Positions 11,701 to 22,280 of a stretch of 64,000 bases of DNA are shown in pieces. The number at the start of each line of letters is the position of its first letter. The stretch's first letter is position 1. The notes under the pieces are model-generated. The model worked only from the letters and a program-made list of their open reading frames with translations. It ran no database searches and was not told the DNA's origin. A program made the position numbers and the translations under genes. This DNA comes from Hyaloraphidium curvatum SAG 235-1. Its lineage: Eukaryota > Fungi > Monoblepharomycota. Where the stretch lies: assembly GCA_025558095.1 (NCBI GenBank), contig JAIVFI010000046.1, positions 1-64,000 on the forward strand, in the 5' to 3' direction.

Positions 11701-12139
11701 CCAATGCCTCTCCCATGTCCGTTGCCGCTGCCAGCTTCGCCTTCTCGGCCGGGCCCGACCCCAGAGCAATCGCCTCCATGACGCTCCCCGACACCACTTC
11801 CCCCTCAGCCCTCCCCGGAGCCCCCTTTTGCGCCTCCCACACCTTCTTCTTCCGCCGTGTGCGAGCCCGCCCCACGGCCGGCCGCTCGGCGTCGCTCTGC
11901 GTGTCCTTGAGCAGCGAGAGCAGTGTCTGGGCCGCAAATTTCGGCTTCTGTCCCCGATCCCACGGGTAGGGAGAGGCGGAGAAGGTCCGACAGGCGGCGG
12001 GGACGAAGTGGAACGCGTCCATGACCGCTAAGTTGGAGGCCCTACGGCAAGTGTTCCGGGAACGTTGGGGCTGCCACGTCGCCGACAGCCCGCGCCTCCA
12101 TGCCACCCGGAAGAGCCGGATGGGGGCGAGAGGGGCCAT
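8798..12139 (-). CDS. RNase III-domain protein, copy A: presequence, RNase III, dsRBD-like tail. The first ~560 codons are intact; the tail is disrupted.
   Basis: HDNERLEFLGDAVLG signature and GDAVEALVGAVY. Arg/Ser-rich N-terminus MAPLAPIRLFRVAWRR. Frameshift near 10463, TAG at 10402-10404 and further shifts, all found by alignment to copy B. Confidence 0.8.
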
Positions 12140-12374
12140 CGACCCCCAACAACGGTCGGGCCGGGGTCGCGGTTTGTTTACGGTTGACGAGACGCGCGTC
12201 GATCGGCCAAGTGTCCCCGCACTACGAGGCCTTCGCCGCACCCTGCGGCGATCCAGCTTACTCCTTATGATGAATGGAAGTAAGCAGTGCAGGACCATAA
12301 GCGAGGGAAAGTGCGGCCGCGGAAGAGTGGAAGTGACATCTATCCACCAACGCCCCTGACAAGACCCGTCACCG

Positions 12375-14717
12375 TCAAGCTTCCCCCTTCTCTTTGACCT
12401 TGAACCCCGCCGGCGGCGGCTCGTACCGCTTCCTCAGCTGCCTGAAGAAGCTCCGCACGCTCCACGAGTCCTCCCCGTCCTGCATCCCGAAAAAGTGCCA
12501 CTCTGCGAACGGCTTGTTCCGCTTCTTCTCCCCGCTGACGTTGTGGTCCGGGTTGAACCGCGTGAACTGCTTCAGGTACCCCGCGTAGGACGCCTCGTCC
12601 CCCCAATCGGCCTCAGCCCCCGCGCCCTGGTAGCGCTCCTCCCTCCCCTGCCCCTCCCCCACGCTCCCGCCGAGCCCCTCGACGTTGTCCGCGGCGCGCA
12701 GCTCCCTGTTTCCCCCGCTGCGCTCCCAGTACAGCGGGCTCCAGCACATCTCCCTCAGCCTGCTGCTCGCCCTCTTGAACGCAAACAGCTCGTCCTCGGC
12801 CGTGAAGATGGTCATCCTGTCGATCCGCCGGCGGTCCACGAGCTCGTCCTCCCGCGCCGACGACGAGAAGGGCGAGCGCCGGCGGTACGCGAGGTCGCGC
12901 GCGGTGATGGCCATGGCGGCGCCGACCGTCTCGCGGAGCATGATGTCCATGTCGTCGCCCTCCTCGGCCGCTTCCTCCGCTTCGGCTGGCTGCCGGGCCC
13001 GCGGGTCCGGGGGGCCGCCAGATTCGGCCTCGTCCGAAACCGCGGCGCGGTGCCCCCTCGTCGCCCTGAACCCGCCCCTCGGCGCCTCCCGATCCCCCAG
13101 ATCCCATTCCCCCGCCCCGTCCCCGCCGAACGGCTTGGCGCGGACCACCGGGGCCCCCTTCTCCGCCTGCTTCACGCGGAACAGCCGCTCGGGCTCGCGG
13201 TCCGCGAGCACGTACACCGCGCAGCCGCCCTCGTACGCGGCGTCGAGCAGGGTGATCAGCCTCCGCGCCGCCTCGCGCTCGCGGAGGCCCATGAGGGGGA
13301 GGTCTGGGAGAACGAGGGTGTCGTACCTCCGGCAGAGGTGCAGCACGTCCAGCGGCCCGAGGGGGGTGAGGAGGTACGAGAAGGGGAGGAGGCACGCGCG
13401 GTGGTCCGGGGGGAGGGATTGCGGGACGGTGAGCGCACGGGAGAGGATGGGGAGGGAGAAGGGTGTTAGCGCGGGGCGGGAGGCGGCGGGGCCGAGGGCG
13501 CGGTCCAGGGTGGCGGCCCAGCCTTCCTCCCAGCCCTCCTCGCCGCGCACCCAGAAGCGCTTCTCCTTCTGCCGTGCTGCGGCTTCGGCGGCCTCCTCGG
13601 ACCCGGCTTGGGCGCCTTCCCCGCCCATCCCGGCGAGAACCCCCCTCCAGTCGCGCCCCCCGACCTCGACCCCGTCCATCCGCCCCTGCACCACCCTCCC
13701 AAGCCCCTTGCCGAGAGTGCCAAGCTCGCCGGGCTGCTTGTTGGATGTCGCGAGCAGCACCCCGCCGAGGGAGAAGAAGTGCTCAAGGAGCACCGAGAGG
13801 ATCGAGGTCGTCGCGGGGTCGGGGGCCTGGAACTCATCGAGCATGAGGACGGGGTGGGCGCGGACCATGCCGAGGGCGATGGTCAGGAGCACGTGCGGTT
13901 CGCTGGGTACCGGCTGCGCGTCTTCCGAACCCGCCACAGGGGAGTGATCGGGGTGCCTTGCAGCACGGGTCCGCACGCGGTGCATCTGCCCGTAGAGGTC
14001 CTGCATGAAGGCGTGGAAGTGCACTCTGCGCTTGCGGTGCGTGGGCAGCGAGTCGTGGAACAGGTTGAGGAGCAGCGACTTGCCCGTGCCGACGGGGCCG
14101 TGGAGGAAGATGCCCTTGGGCGTGAGCGGGCCGTCGTCCTCTGATCCCGCGGCCGACGAGGCGTCGGGCGTCTTGACCACCGACGAAGTGGCGTCATCGG
14201 GTGCTACGGTCGACCAGGTGTCGCCGTCCTCGTGCAGCCGCGCGCCCGGGCCCGGCCGCGCCTCTCTGGCCCTCCTCTCGGCCCGCGGCGCGTAGTCGGC
14301 GACCTCGTCGAACAAAGACTGCAGCTTCCGAACGGCGAGGAACTGACCCTCGTCGTAGCGGATCACGCCGCGCGAGACGAGCGAGCGGTAGAGTTCCATC
14401 GGGCCCGTCGGCAGCAGCGCCGATTCCGGGGCAGCGGGCACCTCGATCGGGGCCTCGGCGGCAACCGGCCCGCCCACAGTCGCAAATCCGCGGAAAGGCA
14501 ACAAAATGGCATGTCCCGCGGTTGAGACCGACCCCAATTTGGAGTTCAAGGCTGCCTTCCGGCCCGACAGGCGGCTCCGAAGTGCCGGTGAGGAAGGTCC
14601 TGCCCTGCTCGACAGGCCGCCTCCAATCGCGCCCGAAGCCCGGCCAGAGACAACGATAGAGCCATAGCCGTGGGCAGCGGGACTGTTGAGCCCGCGAACG
14701 GGCCTGGTAGCCCGCAT
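12375..14717 (-). CDS. AFG1: AFG1/ZapE-family mitochondrial ATPase
   Basis: PKGIFLHGPVGTGKSLL Walker A, RRVHFHAFM, LDEFQ Walker B, ATSN, AARRLITLLDAAYE, FAFKRASSRLREM. Confidence 0.88.
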   Translation of the reverse strand: MRATRPVRGLNSPAAHGYGSIVVSGRASGAIGGGLSSRAGPSSPALRSRLSGRKAALNSKLGSVSTAGHAILLPFRGFATVGGPVAAEAPIEVPAAPESALLPTGPMELYRSLVSRGVIRYDEGQFLAVRKLQSLFDEVADYAPRAERRAREARPGPGARLHEDGDTWSTVAPDDATSSVVKTPDASSAAGSEDDGPLTPKGIFLHGPVGTGKSLLLNLFHDSLPTHRKRRVHFHAFMQDLYGQMHRVRTRAARHPDHSPVAGSEDAQPVPSEPHVLLTIALGMVRAHPVLMLDEFQAPDPATTSILSVLLEHFFSLGGVLLATSNKQPGELGTLGKGLGRVVQGRMDGVEVGGRDWRGVLAGMGGEGAQAGSEEAAEAAARQKEKRFWVRGEEGWEEGWAATLDRALGPAASRPALTPFSLPILSRALTVPQSLPPDHRACLLPFSYLLTPLGPLDVLHLCRRYDTLVLPDLPLMGLREREAARRLITLLDAAYEGGCAVYVLADREPERLFRVKQAEKGAPVVRAKPFGGDGAGEWDLGDREAPRGGFRATRGHRAAVSDEAESGGPPDPRARQPAEAEEAAEEGDDMDIMLRETVGAAMAITARDLAYRRRSPFSSSAREDELVDRRRIDRMTIFTAEDELFAFKRASSRLREMCWSPLYWERSGGNRELRAADNVEGLGGSVGEGQGREERYQGAGAEADWGDEASYAGYLKQFTRFNPDHNVSGEKKRNKPFAEWHFFGMQDGEDSWSVRSFFRQLRKRYEPPPAGFKVKEKGEA

Positions 14718-14865
14718 CGGTGTTGGGACGGCGGGGCACGGAAATCGGATCGGGCGGCCGGCCGGCGGCCGGCGAAGTCAAAGCTGGCAGGAACGAGATC
14801 GACTGACTGCGCGAAAGAGCCAGATCAAAGCTCACAATGGCATTGCGACAGAATTCAGATCACAC

Positions 14866-16137
14866 TCAATCATCCAGCTCGACGTCCGAGTCCTCGGGCT
14901 CCTCCTCGCGCCCACCCCACGCCCACCTCGAGACGCCCGCCTCGGAGGCGGTCCACACCTCCCCTCCGAAGATCCTCACCACGCCCGCCGGGCACTCCAT
15001 CCTCGCCACCCTCGTCCCCGAGAACAGCCCGTGCGCCGACATCCCGAACTCCCCGAGCGCGTAGACCACCCTCGCCCGATCGTCGACGGCCAGCGACACG
15101 GGGGACAGCGGGTCCGCGTGCGCAGGGAGGGGGTATTCCACCGCCGCCTTGCCCATCCGCCTTAGGTCCACCAGCACCGCCGACCCGCCCGCCCCCGCCG
15201 ACGCGAGGAACCTGTCCCCGGGCACCACGGTGACCGCGGTGGTGCTCCCGGGGTGCCGGCACGCCAGCTTGGGCTGCCCCCGCTCGCGCAGGTCCCAGAG
15301 GAGCACCCTCCCGTCACGCATGCCCGCGGCAGCGAGGGGCGGAGCCAGGTGCGCCGAGAACGGGTCCGACGGGCTCCTCAGCACGCGGGGAGCGCCGGGG
15401 ACGGAAGGGAAGTACGCGAGGCCCCTGGTGAACCCCGCCAGCGCCGAGCCGGAAGCGAGGGAGGAGCAGAAGAGGGAGCCTCTGTGCGGGGACCAGCTGG
15501 AGAGCACGGCGGGGCCGTCGGTGCCGAGGGAGAGGAAGCGCACGAGGCCGGGAGCGTCGGCGGCACCGAGGTTGGTGGCTGCGAACAGCTGCGGCGCTCC
15601 GGGGCCGGTGTCCGGGTCCAGAGAGATGGAGGTGATCCGGCCTGCTGGTCTGGGTGCGGGTCCAGAGGCCGGTAGGCGGGGCCGAAGCAGCGACGAGGAA
15701 ACCGGCCCCGGCTGCCCCCGGCGGACGGCCCCGAGCTCGCCCGACTCGGTGCCGACGACCACCGCTTCCGCGTGCGGCCCGACAACGGCAAAGTCCGACA
15801 CCGCGCCCCTGAAAAAGGGCAGGTCCTCGGCCGGCCGCAGGCGCGACGCCGCCAGCCTCGCCAGCGCCCCCTCCAAGCACCTCATCCCCTTCAACGACGC
15901 CGTCCCCCGACTCTGCCACATCAGCTCGGGCAGCCCGACCCGTCTCACATCCCCTTTCCCCTCTCCCTGGGCCCGCGCCTCATCCAGGATGCGCTCCGCC
16001 TCGGCCTCGCGCTTGCGCTTCCGCACGGCGTCCTGGGTCACGAAACCCTCGGCCGGCGCCTTCCACGAGGGAAGGACCTTGAAGTACTTTCGGGTCGAGG
16101 GGTCGAAGTAGTACCCCGGGATCGCGGGTGCCTCCAT
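14866..16137 (-). CDS. DCAF4/WDR21-like WD40 protein
   Basis: N-terminal IPGYYFDPSTRKYFK motif; GMRDGRVLLWDLR and VDLR WDxR-type repeats. Confidence 0.8.
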   Translation of the reverse strand: MEAPAIPGYYFDPSTRKYFKVLPSWKAPAEGFVTQDAVRKRKREAEAERILDEARAQGEGKGDVRRVGLPELMWQSRGTASLKGMRCLEGALARLAASRLRPAEDLPFFRGAVSDFAVVGPHAEAVVVGTESGELGAVRRGQPGPVSSSLLRPRLPASGPAPRPAGRITSISLDPDTGPGAPQLFAATNLGAADAPGLVRFLSLGTDGPAVLSSWSPHRGSLFCSSLASGSALAGFTRGLAYFPSVPGAPRVLRSPSDPFSAHLAPPLAAAGMRDGRVLLWDLRERGQPKLACRHPGSTTAVTVVPGDRFLASAGAGGSAVLVDLRRMGKAAVEYPLPAHADPLSPVSLAVDDRARVVYALGEFGMSAHGLFSGTRVARMECPAGVVRIFGGEVWTASEAGVSRWAWGGREEEPEDSDVELDD

Positions 16138-16381
16138 TGGGAAGGGAGGTGACCGGGCGGCCGTCGAGGGGAGGCGGAGGCCTGGGCCGCCTTCCGCCCT
16201 CCTCGGATGGCTCCCAAGGCTTCACGATCTCCGATAAAGACCGGAAATTACAAGAAGCTGGCGCATTTCGGGGCCGGGACCGCCTGTTTGACACTGTCGT
16301 TGTCGGGGGCAAAGGATTCCCCCGCGATCCCGCTCTCGTTAAACAAATGGGACGCCGCCAGGCCCGGCGTCCTGGGAGGCA

Positions 16382-19300
16382 ATGGGGCCTCTCGTCCCGG
16401 TGCGGGGACTTCTTTGGGCGCGGGCACGGGCGCTGCGGGAGGCTTCGTCGTTCCGAGTACCCCGGAACCCCTCCCGCCGGGCCTCGATCCTGCTGGTATC
16501 GGACTTCCTTCCCCGCCCGGCCTCCTCCTCCCGGACATTCAACACGTCTCCCTCCGGACACGATCGGGCCCAGAAGCCGATAATCGCGGCCGAGGCGCTT
16601 CTTTCGCTGCTCAAGGACGCGCAGCGGGATGCCGAGCGGCCGGCTGTGGGGAGGGCGTCGAGCAGGAGGAGAAAGAGGTCCCGGCAGCCGAAATCGGAGG
16701 TTCCTGGGAGAGGGTCTGGGGAGGGGATGTCGCTGAGCGTCATGGAGGCGTTCGCTGCTACATCGGGCACATCTGAGGACGCCGAGCTGGCGCGGACGGC
16801 GGACACGGCAGAGGCGCCCGCCAGGGGCGAAACGGACCCGGCCCAGGGCGGGAATGCCCCTGTCCCGATATTTTCGGACGCGGCTCACGATGGGAGTGGG
16901 GCCGAAAGACCACCCACTCCATCACCGGCTTCGGCATCCCCGGACGAACAACGCTGCCTCCTGCCGCCGGCGACGAGCAACCCGCGGCGGTGCCGGGGCG
17001 CGACCCCCCGCTAGTGCTGAGCGAGATGCTTCCCATCGTGGCGCCAAGCGAACCAGAAAAGCCCAAGGCGAGTCCGCGGCCGCCGAAGATTAGAAGGTCA
17101 CTGCGGCAACACCGGCCCGTCCCAAACCTCCCGACGCCGTTGCCTCGGACGAGGCGGACATCCAGCGCTTCGCCCCCCTCCTCTCCCGCATCGGCGTCGC
17201 CATGGACCTCAGCCAGCTCCGGCTCGCCCTGACCCCGCGCGGCCAGGCCTCGCCCCGGGACAACGAGCGCCTCGAGTTCCTCGGCGACGCCGTGCTCGGC
17301 TTCGTCGTCGCCGACGTGCTCGACCACCACTTCCCGGATTACCCTCCCGGCACGCTCACCGAGCTTCGGTCGCGCGTGGTCAGCGCCACCATCCTGGCCA
17401 AGGTGGCCGACGACCTGGAGCTGAAGCGGTACATCGCCGGGGAGCCGAGCCCCCGGACCCTCGGCGACGCGGTGGAGGCGCTCATCGCCGCACTGCACAT
17501 CAGCGGCGGGTTCCGGCTGGCGTCGCAGTTCGCGGAGCGGACTTTTGGGCCGTACCTCGAGCGCGCCGCCGACATGTCGCTGTCCCGGCGGACTCCGCCG
17601 CGCTGCTGGAAGCGCTGCTGCAGGGCGGCGGCCCAGGAGGCCGGGCTGGGCGGGGTCAAGATCACGGTGAAGAACCACAGGACGTTGCCCGCCATCCGGG
17701 CTGAGGTCACGGCCGGCACAACGGTGCTGGGAGCGAGGGAGCTCATGGTCAAGGGCCGGAAACGCATGCGGCGGAACCTGGAGCTCATTGCCGGGCGGCT
17801 TGCCATGCAAAGAGCCCAGAAGAGGCTCAAGCGCAGGTCGCCAGTGCCTGAGGCCGGCGGGGACTCCGCCGAAAGCATGGGGGACTCGGCCGTCGAGTTC
17901 ATGCCTGCCGTGGAGCTTGCGGAGTCTGAACCGAAATTGGACCTCCCGCAGGACATCAGGCGCTTGTCAAAGGATGCCTTCGCCCGGCGGAGGCAAAGGG
18001 TCGACGCGCTGGCGACGGAGGCCGAGGTGCAGCTGCTTTCACTTGCCGACAAGCTGGGTTTCGGCGGCGCAGTTTGCTCGGTCATCGAGGAGAAAAGCAG
18101 CAACGGGGTGATGCGGTGGAGATTCCGGTTGCTTCGCCACGAGACCGTCTTGAGCATAGGCGGGAGCCCGGAGTCGCCCGAGCACGCGCGCTATATCGGC
18201 ATCAACGACGCCCTCGCCGTTGTTCGGGATCTCGACAACGCCACCACGCGGCTTGAAACGGCCGCAGTGACTGCTGGGCTCGGGGTCCCGGAGCTCCAAG
18301 TCTCGCAGCGGCCCAACGGAAGCTCCTTCGTGGAGGTTCATCTCGGCGGCCAGGTGATCGCGAGCGGCGCTGCAATGTTTGAGCCCGTCGCGCGCAACAC
18401 TGCCGTCTACAACGCGCTTTATTTCCTCGGCGTCGGAGCTCCGCGCCCCGGCTATCTCGGTCAGCTGTCGGCGGGTGCCGGCCAGCAGGCCGCCGCACTT
18501 CCCACCGAACCCGAGCCCGAGCCGGTCGAGCTCGCCGAGGCGGAGCCCGACGCCGGCGCGACAGCACCGGAGACGGGATCGAGGCTGGTTGCGGCGCATC
18601 CGGGGGACCCCGGGGCGCGCGCCGATTCGGTTGCTGTTGCTGCTGAAAAGCTCCGCCGGGCCGCGGCAGATCACGGTTTCGCCAACGTGCAGTGCTCGGT
18701 TGCTCCAGGGGGATCCGAAGGTTGACAGCGTTTCGTCTTCAGATGTACGCTGGACAGCTTGCCCGCGACGCTAGATCCGCTGGGACTGGGCTCAACCGAC
18801 GACCAAGCCCTGGTCGACATGTCCAAGCCGGCGGAGGAAGCCATCTTGCTCCATGGCACGCGCAATGTCGTGATCAGGCTGGGCAACCTCTCCCGAGTGA
18901 AGCCGCAGCTCGAGAACATTGCCACCCGAGCCGGAGTGAGGGACCTCCAGTACCGGGATGCGGAGCGGAACGGCCTCGTCCTGTCGCAGGTTTTCTCGGG
19001 GGCCGAACTCATCGCCGGCGGCCTCGGCAGGGACGTCATCTCCGCGCGCATCCGGGCCTATTGCCTCGCGATCCACCACTGCATCCCCCGCGCGGGCCTG
19101 CGGACGGCCGAGGCGCGGGTGATGCGGGCCAACGAGTACTCTGCCGAGATCGACGCCCTGAACGCGGCCCTCCGGAAGAGCGTGGAGGAATCGGCTGTTG
19201 CCGCGGGTTGGGGCCGCGTTACCTGGGTCGTCTTGAACAACGGAGGCTCCGCCGTCCTTGTGGATGGGGCGCTGCTCGCCAGGAAGAGGGACAGCCCGTT

Positions 19301-19949
19301 CGCCAGCCGCACCGCGGTCACAATCAATCAATCAATCGCCCTCTGCGGGGCCCTCGTCGAGCTCGGCGCTGCGGATCAGGCCGTCTACAAGGCTGCTGCA
19401 GGAAAATTGCAGACGACGCAGGACGTCAGGCGCTTTCGGAGCGCGCTGGCGAGGCTGGGCATCGTTAACCCGGCCGGTTTCGCAGGGGACGAGCCGCAGA
19501 GGCACCCTGAGGACCTCGCGGAGGCTGCTGGCGGGTCAGCCGCAACGGCTACGGACGGCGTGGTCTCGGGCCTCTTGCCTTCCCCCGATTCCGCTACCCT
19601 GGACGACGACGATGCGGAGATGGTTTCGGAGAATGCCGACATGGGCCTGGATTGGGTTTCGCAGCCGCCCCCGGAGGACGGCTTTGCGGCGTCCGATGCT
19701 ACGCCGGACGCTGAGCCCGGCGTGGTCGTCGGTGCCGAAGCCGGCGTCGAGACCCCATCGATCCACACCGTCGCGGACCGGGCGGACTCGGGCCCAATCG
19801 CGACCTCCTCCTCCGGTTCCGACTCGCCGGAACCTGCATCCGAGGGTGGCGACCCCGCCAACGCCTCGTTGGGCAGGCGCAAGGCCGGCAAGCTGGAGGA
19901 CGTGCTGGAGGAGTACCGCCGGCGGCTGCGGGAGCGGGGCTTGGGGTGA
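16382..19949 (+). pseudogene. RNase III-domain protein, copy B (inverted paralog of 8798-12139), with frameshifts and an in-frame TGA
   Basis: DNERLEFLGDAVLG and GDAVEALIAAL. Both termini match copy A (LLSLLKD..DAERPAVGRA; VLEEYRRRLRERG). Indels near 16946, 17092 and 17585-17625; TGA at 18723-18725. Confidence 0.75.
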
Positions 19950-20154
19950 CGGCCGGGACGGCGGGAGTTCGGGAGGGCGGCAGCCCGGGCTCGTATGCAT
20001 CTTGTACGCGGCGGAAGAGATCGGATCGGGATCGGTGGATAACGACTGGCGCCTCCCGGACGTACCTTGCGATCGACATGGCGCTCGAGGACCCTGCCGA
20101 TCGCCGACGCGACTTCGAAATCACCCAATCCTCCACATCCCCGCCGGCCCGACG

Positions 20155-21322
20155 ATGGCGATGTGCGATGCCCCCGTCAACGAGCGGCAGCTCCTCTCGC
20201 TCTCCTCCGGCTTCCTCTCGGACGTCAACTCGGCCCCGCCCTCGGGAGACGATCCGGACTGGGCGTGGCACGCGGTCTACGAAGAGGGGGAGTTCGCGTT
20301 AGTTTCCATGCAGGGTGCGTCCGTCTTGCGCGGGAGGTGGGAGGGGGATTGATTCCGGGAACGCGGCAGGGGCGCTCGTCGGGCGCGCGGAGGCGGATCC
20401 CGCGTTCCGCGCGCTCGCGGCGCGCAGAACGCGGCTGAAGGAGGTGGAGAAGAGGGTGCTCCGGAACATCGGCCCGGGACTGCACCTCGTCGACGTCGCG
20501 GTGGAGTCGTTGGACGAAGGGGAGCAGGGGGCGGTCGGGGGGAGGTGGTTGCTCACCTACGAGGACGGGGGCAAACTGACGCGGGTGGGCACCTCGTTGC
20601 GACCGCCGAGACGCGCGTGGGCTGACGGGTTGCCGGGGTGGCAGGTGGAATGGGTCCCGGACGAGCCGTTCTACGCGCAGCTCTCGGAGGCGGCGCTGAG
20701 CGCGGCGCGCGAGGTCGAGGGGGCGGAGACGGCGGCGGCGGCGCTGCGATCTTTCATGTCGTGCCTAGGGAAGGGGCCGGAGAAGATGCTGGAGCTGTTT
20801 GCCGAGGACGGTGGGGAACGTTCGCGGAGAGGGGGATACAGGCGGTTGACGTCTGTCGGCAGGGCAACTATTGGAGTCGAACGGGCTCTTTGCCGCCGGC
20901 AAAGGTCCTTCCCCATCTCCCACGTGCCCGCCATCGGGTCCCTGACCCCCCTCCGCCCCGCAGACCGGATACGTTCCGCCGTCGCCGAGACCCACGCCGC
21001 CTACGGGCTCACCGGCGCCTCGCTGGCATCCGAGCCCGCCTCGTACCTGCCCTACACGGCGACGGCGTTGGTGGGATTGGAGTGGCGCGAGCTGCCCGAG
21101 GACGCGCCGAAGCGGGAAGGTGGGCTGTTACCACAGGGAGCAGGGCCTTCGTTTGACGCCCGCGATCCAACAGGAAGCTCGCAGGTGCGGTTGTGGATCA
21201 AGGCGGATCCGTCGGGCAAGATTTCTCGGGCTTGCATGTCGCCCGTGGACCGCGAGGGACGGGAGTGGGAGCAGAAGATGAACAAGAGGGCACTGCGGAA
21301 AGCAGCAGGCAAGCATCATTGA
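20155..21322 (+). CDS. Probable SnoaL/NTF2-like domain protein, about 3 introns
   Basis: Spliced reading LELFAEDGQLLESNGLFAAGKDRIRSAV is NTF2-like; GT..TGA[CT]..CAG introns near 20315-20368, 20811-20863 and 20905-20963. Confidence 0.5.
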
Positions 21323-21341
21323 CATCCCGGCGCGGGATACA

Positions 21342-21890
21342 TCAGAGGGTGGCGCTCCTCTCCTTCTCCTTCTCCTTCTCCGGCTCCTCGTCGCGCCTGC
21401 CAAAGAAGAGCGGCAGCACCGACGATGGCACCAGCTCCCTCCGATTGTCCTGCCACCGCACCACGCGGGCATAGCCCTGCTCCGACGCGGGCTCGATGTC
21501 CACCGCGTCGCCCGCGCGGAACACGGGCACCCCGCCGGCGTCGCAGTAGTCCGCCTTTGCGACGAACGCGCCGTCGCGCGGGGGTGCGCCGCCGGGGTAG
21601 GGCGGGAGGGTGTCCAGCGCCTCGATGCGGGCGTCGAAATCGTCCACGACGGGTTCGCTGCTGGCGAGCCCGGGGAGGGCGACCTGCCGCGCGACCTCGG
21701 CGGTGTATCCGAGCGCCTCGGCGTCGATGCCGACGCGGCGCGAGCGCAGCCGCATGTAGAATGCGGCGCCGACGAAGAGTAGCAGGGCAGCCGTGGCGCC
21801 GATGGCGACGGCGATGACGGTGCCGACGGGCGGCGGGTTGGGCGCGGAGAAGGCCGGGAAGCGGGTCGGGGCGGGCGCGGCAGGGTCCAT
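21342..21890 (-). CDS. Single-pass membrane protein with C-terminal SH3-like domain
   Basis: TM segment VIAVAIGATAALLLFVGAAFY followed by basic residues; PPY motif; FVAKADY..FRAGDAV..GYARV..ELVPSSVL. Confidence 0.6.
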   Translation of the reverse strand: MDPAAPAPTRFPAFSAPNPPPVGTVIAVAIGATAALLLFVGAAFYMRLRSRRVGIDAEALGYTAEVARQVALPGLASSEPVVDDFDARIEALDTLPPYPGGAPPRDGAFVAKADYCDAGGVPVFRAGDAVDIEPASEQGYARVVRWQDNRRELVPSSVLPLFFGRRDEEPEKEKEKERSATL

Positions 21891-22280
21891 TTCGTGTGCT
21901 TCGACGGCAGAGGCGGGTGGGCCGTGGTTGTCAGGGCGGTCGAGGGCGGGCAGAATGGGCAGCCGTGCGTCTCGGCGCCCATCCTTTAAAGTCGGGCACG
22001 CGCAGCCTCCGTTCTGGGGCGAGGTTTCTCGGCGGAAGGTTCGGCGCGTGGCGGAGTTGCACAGCTTACGGGTTTTGGCGGCGATAACCGCGCAACTAGC
22101 GAAATCCGCTAAGCGCATCCGGCAGTTCGCGAAATCTCCGGGGGCCCTCGTCGAAGCTCCGGCGCACGCAAGCGGCTGAATCCTGGGCGCGGGGCGCGGA
22201 CACATATAGGACGACCCTGTCTCCCGCCCGGCGCCCCCCGTACTCCGCCCGACACGCGACCACCGCCCCCCGCGGCCGCG

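Noticed and set aside
18723-18725. In-frame TGA as selenocysteine or programmed readthrough
   Set aside because: The aligned region of the paralog has no Cys there, no SECIS was recognised, and the gene has other lesions
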